Shown here one piece after another: positions 59,596 to 64,000 of a DNA stretch of 64,000 nt (within the stretch, counting starts at the first letter, position 1; every line of letters starts with the position of its first letter). Position numbers and translations under genes: made by a program. A model generated the notes under the pieces. It searched no databases. It worked only from the letters and a program-made list of their open reading frames with translations, and was not told the DNA's origin. Source of the stretch: Candidatus Micrarchaeia archaeon (lineage in GTDB: Archaea; Micrarchaeota; Micrarchaeia; CABMEP01). The stretch spans positions 96,001-160,000 of the forward strand of contig JAVZPM010000001.1 of the NCBI GenBank assembly GCA_038881595.1, in the 5' to 3' direction.

Positions 59596-62244
59596 CTAAG
59601 ATACTTTTAATTGCTGTTGAATATTTTTACTCTTCAAGTATTTTGCTAATTCAATATATAGGAATCCAACTAAAGACAATGATATTATCGCAACTAATTC
59701 TAATATTGTAAGTGATTTTGTACCAAATAATATCTGCATAGGTTCAAAATATAAAATTAACATTTGAAGAATAAGCGCTGCTAGTGCAGCCACTAATAAA
59801 TATCTATTTTTAAGAATCTCTTTTCCTACTGGTTTTTCTAGAGACCTACAAGCAAAAGATTGAAACAACTCGAAAAATACAACTAATGTGAATACTACAG
59901 TCTGTGCTCTTATAAGATCATTTGATGATTCTAGAATATAAATAAATGATGCAAGTGAAAAGAATGTTAATATAATAGGATAGTGAATCAGATATATTTC
60001 CAAACCACTAGTTATATCCTCTTTTGGTGATCTTGGTTTTCTATTCATGACCTCTTTAGAAATTGGATCAACAGAAAGAGCCAATGCTGGCAGACCATCT
60101 GTTACCAAATTTATCCATAATATCTGTATTGCAACCAAAGGTAGAGGAAGGCCCATAAGTATTGCTAAAAAGATTATAAAAACTTCGGCTATATTCCCTG
60201 AAAGTAGAAATGCAATTGTCTTTCTTATATTTTCGTAAATTCCTCTTCCTTGTTCTACAGCGTTAACAATAGTTGCAAAGTTGTCATCTGAAATAACAAG
60301 ATCAGCAACCTCTCTGGTTACATCAGTTCCAGTCTGTCCCATTGCTACTCCAACATCTGCAGCCTTCAAAGCTGGAGCGTCATTTATTCCATCTCCAGTC
60401 ATTGCCACTATTTCTCCGTTTTCTTTGAGTATCTTCGTTATCCTAACCTTATGCTCTGGAGATGCCCTTGCAAATATTTTTATTTTAGATATCAACCTCT
60501 TCAATTCTGTATCGCTTATATTATCTAACTCTGTACCAGTGATTGCAATCCCCTTATCCATAATACCTAATTCTTTCCCTATCGCAATTGCAGTCTCCTT
60601 ATGATCGCCTGTTATCATTATTACATCTATTCCTGCTTTCTTACAGGTTGCTATTGCATGTTTAACTTCAGGCCTCGGTGGGTCTATCATAGCTTGAATG
60701 CCAAGGAAAACGAGATTGTCTTCTACTATTTTGTTAGAAGATGTAATCTTCATTGCAAATGCCAAAACTCTGAAGCTTGATGATGCATATTCTCTTTCCT
60801 TATTTAATATCATCTTCTTATGCTGATTTGTCAACTTTACTATTTTTCCTTCTTTCATTATATATGTGCATCTTTCAAGCACCTTTTCAGTCGCGCCTTT
60901 TGTCCATATTACGTTCTTTGACTTATCATACTTATAGAGTACAGACATCATTTTTCTTTCTGAGTCGAATTGGATCTCATCCAGCCTGTTTTTTTCTGAT
61001 CTGTCATCTTCTAATCCTGCTTTATGTGCAGATAAAAGTAATGCGATTTCAGTTGGATCCCCTACTGGCTCACCGTTTATAAATGCATTATTGCAGTAAA
61101 GACCTGATTTTAAAGTTAGTTTTAATTCTTCTGGAAGCTTATCTATCTCTTTGCCTTTGAACAAGATCTTTCCTTCTTTCTTGTATCCCTCACCTGTAAC
61201 ACTATACTCTTTACCAATATTCCATATTCTCTTTACTGTCATTTCATTTACAGTTAAAGTACCTGTCTTATCCGTACATATAACTGTAACACTTCCCAAT
61301 CCCTCAACTGCAGTTAGTTTTCTTACAATTGCCTTATGTTTGGCCATTGTAGCCACTCCTAGAGACAATGCTATTGTTATAGATGCAAGTAATCCCTCAG
61401 GAACCGCCGCAACAGCTAGAGAAATAGCAGTTATTGCAATCGTTATAAATTCGATTCCATTTATTAAACCTAAAATAAAAACTGTGAAACAAATAAAAAG
61501 AAAAACCTTGCCTATAAACTTTCCAAATTCATCAAGTTTTCTTTGTAGCGGAGTTGTTTCTTCTCCTTGTTGTATAGAAAGTGCTATCTTTCCAAACTCA
61601 GTATTCATTCCTGTTGAAACAACAACCGCTTCACATCTTCCATATACTACAGATGTACCCATGAATAACATATTGGATTGATTTTGAATTGGTTGCGGAG
61701 ATTTCATTTGTTCTGAAGATTTGGGAACTGGAATAGATTCACCAGTAAGAACTGATTCGTCTACTTTCAGATTTATTTGGCTTATTATTCTACAATCAGC
61801 AGGTACTTTATCTCCCGTATCTAAAATTACGATATCTCCAGGAACAAGCTCCCTTGAAGATATGCTTTTTACCTCTTTATCTCTTAGTACCTTAACAACA
61901 GGCACTGTAAGCTTTTTTAAGGCTGTTATCGCTTCCTCTGCTTTCTTTGTTTGAATAAAGCCTAAAAATGCGTTAAGGAAAATTATTAGTAATATTAGTA
62001 TTCCATCTATATATTCTCCGAATGCAAAGGAGAGTATCACTGCTACTATAAGAATTATAATAAGGAAGCTTTTAAATTGGTCTATAAAAATTTCAATGTC
62101 TGTTTTTTTCCTTTTTTCTTGTATTTCATTATATCCATATTTTGAGAGTCTTGCCTTTGCTTCAGAAGAAGTTAGTCCTTCTCTAGATGTATTCAAAATA
62201 TCTAGTGTTTGATTAACTGAAAGTAGATGAAATGCTTCAGGCAT
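59596..62244 (-). CDS. P-type ATPase, type IIA (Ca2+-transporting-like)
   Basis: TGES, PEGL, DKTGTLT, GDGINDAP and LWINLVTDG motifs. Confidence 0.95.
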   Translation of the reverse strand: MPEAFHLLSVNQTLDILNTSREGLTSSEAKARLSKYGYNEIQEKRKKTDIEIFIDQFKSFLIIILIVAVILSFAFGEYIDGILILLIIFLNAFLGFIQTKKAEEAITALKKLTVPVVKVLRDKEVKSISSRELVPGDIVILDTGDKVPADCRIISQINLKVDESVLTGESIPVPKSSEQMKSPQPIQNQSNMLFMGTSVVYGRCEAVVVSTGMNTEFGKIALSIQQGEETTPLQRKLDEFGKFIGKVFLFICFTVFILGLINGIEFITIAITAISLAVAAVPEGLLASITIALSLGVATMAKHKAIVRKLTAVEGLGSVTVICTDKTGTLTVNEMTVKRIWNIGKEYSVTGEGYKKEGKILFKGKEIDKLPEELKLTLKSGLYCNNAFINGEPVGDPTEIALLLSAHKAGLEDDRSEKNRLDEIQFDSERKMMSVLYKYDKSKNVIWTKGATEKVLERCTYIMKEGKIVKLTNQHKKMILNKEREYASSSFRVLAFAMKITSSNKIVEDNLVFLGIQAMIDPPRPEVKHAIATCKKAGIDVIMITGDHKETAIAIGKELGIMDKGIAITGTELDNISDTELKRLISKIKIFARASPEHKVRITKILKENGEIVAMTGDGINDAPALKAADVGVAMGQTGTDVTREVADLVISDDNFATIVNAVEQGRGIYENIRKTIAFLLSGNIAEVFIIFLAILMGLPLPLVAIQILWINLVTDGLPALALSVDPISKEVMNRKPRSPKEDITSGLEIYLIHYPIILTFFSLASFIYILESSNDLIRAQTVVFTLVVFFELFQSFACRSLEKPVGKEILKNRYLLVAALAALILQMLILYFEPMQILFGTKSLTILELVAIISLSLVGFLYIELAKYLKSKNIQQQLKVS

Positions 62245-62367
62245 AAAAATAATTATTTAGCAATCTATAAAAAAGGATACTTTTAAGATAAAAATCGAGT
62301 AAAAAAGATTTAAAAATAGTACAAGATAAAAAAAATCTTTATAAATGTAATTAGACATATTTTATAG

Positions 62368-62871
62368 ATGAGCGACACTATTACTCAACAAATACAGGAA
62401 CTTGAAGCAGAAAAAAAATCGAAGCTTGAAAATGTTAAAAAGCTTAGTGAGGAGATCAGAACCCTAGCTAACGAAATAGAAAAAATCAGAAAAACAAGTG
62501 GTTTGGGTTCTGCGGATGAAGAAAAAAGAATAATCAAGCAGATAAACCAGCTAGACTTTAAGATCTCAACAGCTAAAAACATGCCGCTAAAAGTTGAGAA
62601 GGAAATAGCTAAGAAAATACATAACTTAGAGTCACGTTTGAAGAAGATAAGAGAACTCAAACAGAAAATGGGAATTCTGAAAGAAATGGAAGGCAAGATC
62701 TCTCAACTAAAAAATGAAAGAGAAAAAATTAAAAAAGAAATAGACAGCATAAACGAAGAAATAGATGCGCTTAAAGAAGAAAAAAGGATGGCATCAAGAA
62801 AGAAAATAAGAGAAGCGGCCATTGAACAATTCTCTTTAGGAGATATTGCAGCTATAAAAAGAAAGAAATAA
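62368..62871 (+). CDS. Archaeal coiled-coil protein
   Basis: Long heptads around LDFKIST...LKVEKEI. Confidence 0.75.
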   Translation: MSDTITQQIQELEAEKKSKLENVKKLSEEIRTLANEIEKIRKTSGLGSADEEKRIIKQINQLDFKISTAKNMPLKVEKEIAKKIHNLESRLKKIRELKQKMGILKEMEGKISQLKNEREKIKKEIDSINEEIDALKEEKRMASRKKIREAAIEQFSLGDIAAIKRKK

Positions 62872-62919
62872 CAGCTCAATTCTTAATTTTCTTCTTCCTT
62901 TCTTAATTTAGGTAGTGAT

Positions 62920-64000
62920 ATGAGTAAAATAAGAGCGATTCTTATTGATGTTGATGTTGTAACTAAAAATAACAGAAGCATAATAAGATTAATTCTAAAA
63001 AGAAAAAAAATGTTTAGACTCTATGATAAAGATTTCTATCCCTATTTTTACATAGAAACTGAACAAGAGATTAAAAGAGGGATTTATAATGGAATAGAAA
63101 TAATAGATGTTAAAGAGGTAAAAAAACGAATAGGAAGAGAGGAAAGAACATTAAAGAAAATAATTTGTAATGATCCTAAAGAAATACCAGTTCTTGCCAA
63201 AATGTTTGGTGAAATAGGAAAAGTCTATGAAAAAGATATCAAATTTAATAAAAGATACTTAATTGATAAAGATCTAAAACCTATGAATACAGTGGAAATA
63301 GAATATGAAGGTAAATATGTAAAAAGTATAAAAGATATTGGAAACATAATTGATGTCAATTCATTGAAGACTCTAACTTTTGATATAGAAGTATATAATC
63401 CACATGGAATACCTAGAGAAGATGAAGATCCAGCCATAATCATAAGCTATGCCAATGATGAAACAGCTGGAGCAATCACTTGGAAAAATGGAAAAACTGA
63501 AAACGTTTCTATTGTGAAAGATGAAAAGGAGATGATTGAAAAATTCTGTGATTTAATTGAAGAGAAAGACATTGATATTCTTGCGGGATATAATTCCTCT
63601 GTTTTTGACATCCCTTATCTTCAAGCTAGAGCTAAAGAACTTGGTACAAAATTGGGTTTAGGTAGAGGAAGAAGTGAACCAAAGATAAAAAGAATTGGAA
63701 TGACAACACATACTAAACTTGAAGGTAGAGTACATTCTGATGTTTATTATCTAGTAAGAATTCTTGCTGCTGCTCAGGCTATCAAGCTTGAGCGACATAC
63801 TCTTGAAGAGGTTTACAAAGAGTTAGTTGGCGGAGAAGATTGGAAAGTTGATATGTTTTCTATATATAAAATGTGGGATGATGAAAATAAAAGAAAAGAA
63901 TTATTAGAATATGCTATAAAAGATGCAAAGGCGGCATATGAGATTTTCAAGAAACTTTATCCATTAGAAGTGGAGTTGGCTAGACTTACTAAGATAACCC
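62920..64000 (+). CDS. polB: Family B DNA polymerase, N-terminal and 3'-5' exonuclease part (runs off window; not in the ORF track)
   Basis: Manual translation: FYPYFY, ExoI TFDIEVY, ExoII GYNSSVFDIPYL and ExoIII EYAIKDA. Confidence 0.95.
   Translation, partial: MSKIRAILIDVDVVTKNNRSIIRLILKRKKMFRLYDKDFYPYFYIETEQEIKRGIYNGIEIIDVKEVKKRIGREERTLKKIICNDPKEIPVLAKMFGEIGKVYEKDIKFNKRYLIDKDLKPMNTVEIEYEGKYVKSIKDIGNIIDVNSLKTLTFDIEVYNPHGIPREDEDPAIIISYANDETAGAITWKNGKTENVSIVKDEKEMIEKFCDLIEEKDIDILAGYNSSVFDIPYLQARAKELGTKLGLGRGRSEPKIKRIGMTTHTKLEGRVHSDVYYLVRILAAAQAIKLERHTLEEVYKELVGGEDWKVDMFSIYKMWDDENKRKELLEYAIKDAKAAYEIFKKLYPLEVELARLTKIT

Overview
AT-rich archaeal chromosome segment, most consistent with a DPANN (Micrarchaeota-like) genome. 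Indicators are GGTGA-type RBSs, the exosome/proteasome superoperon, an epsilon2/ARMAN-like tRNA splicing endonuclease, S26e and intron-containing tRNAs; the taxonomy is an inference. Housekeeping content includes: a ferredoxin and a minimal NiFe-hydrogenase module; rpl15e-rpp30-pop5 // psmA-SBDS-rrp4-rrp41-rrp42-rpl37ae-rpoP-brix-pcc1-pfdB, split by an ~8 kb ORFan insert; four tRNAs (Thr-CGU with a non-canonical 30/31 intron, Ala-GGC, Val-UAC, Ser-CGA with a canonical intron); and ppsA, trm5, taw1, endA, srp54, a P-type ATPase and the 5' part of polB. The three most interesting signals are: (1) a ~12 kb co-oriented block with six tandem, divergent CedA/VirB6-like membrane paralogues plus two surface or accessory proteins, a candidate cell-contact or secretion apparatus; (2) two >1100-aa ORFans sharing a conserved extended N-terminal leader and ending in outer-membrane-beta-barrel-like strands; (3) the same ACAATA-N2-TATTGT palindrome in the psmA and hsp20 promoters. 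No CRISPR array, rRNA, transposase or integrase was seen. All calls come from reading motifs by eye; no database searches were run.
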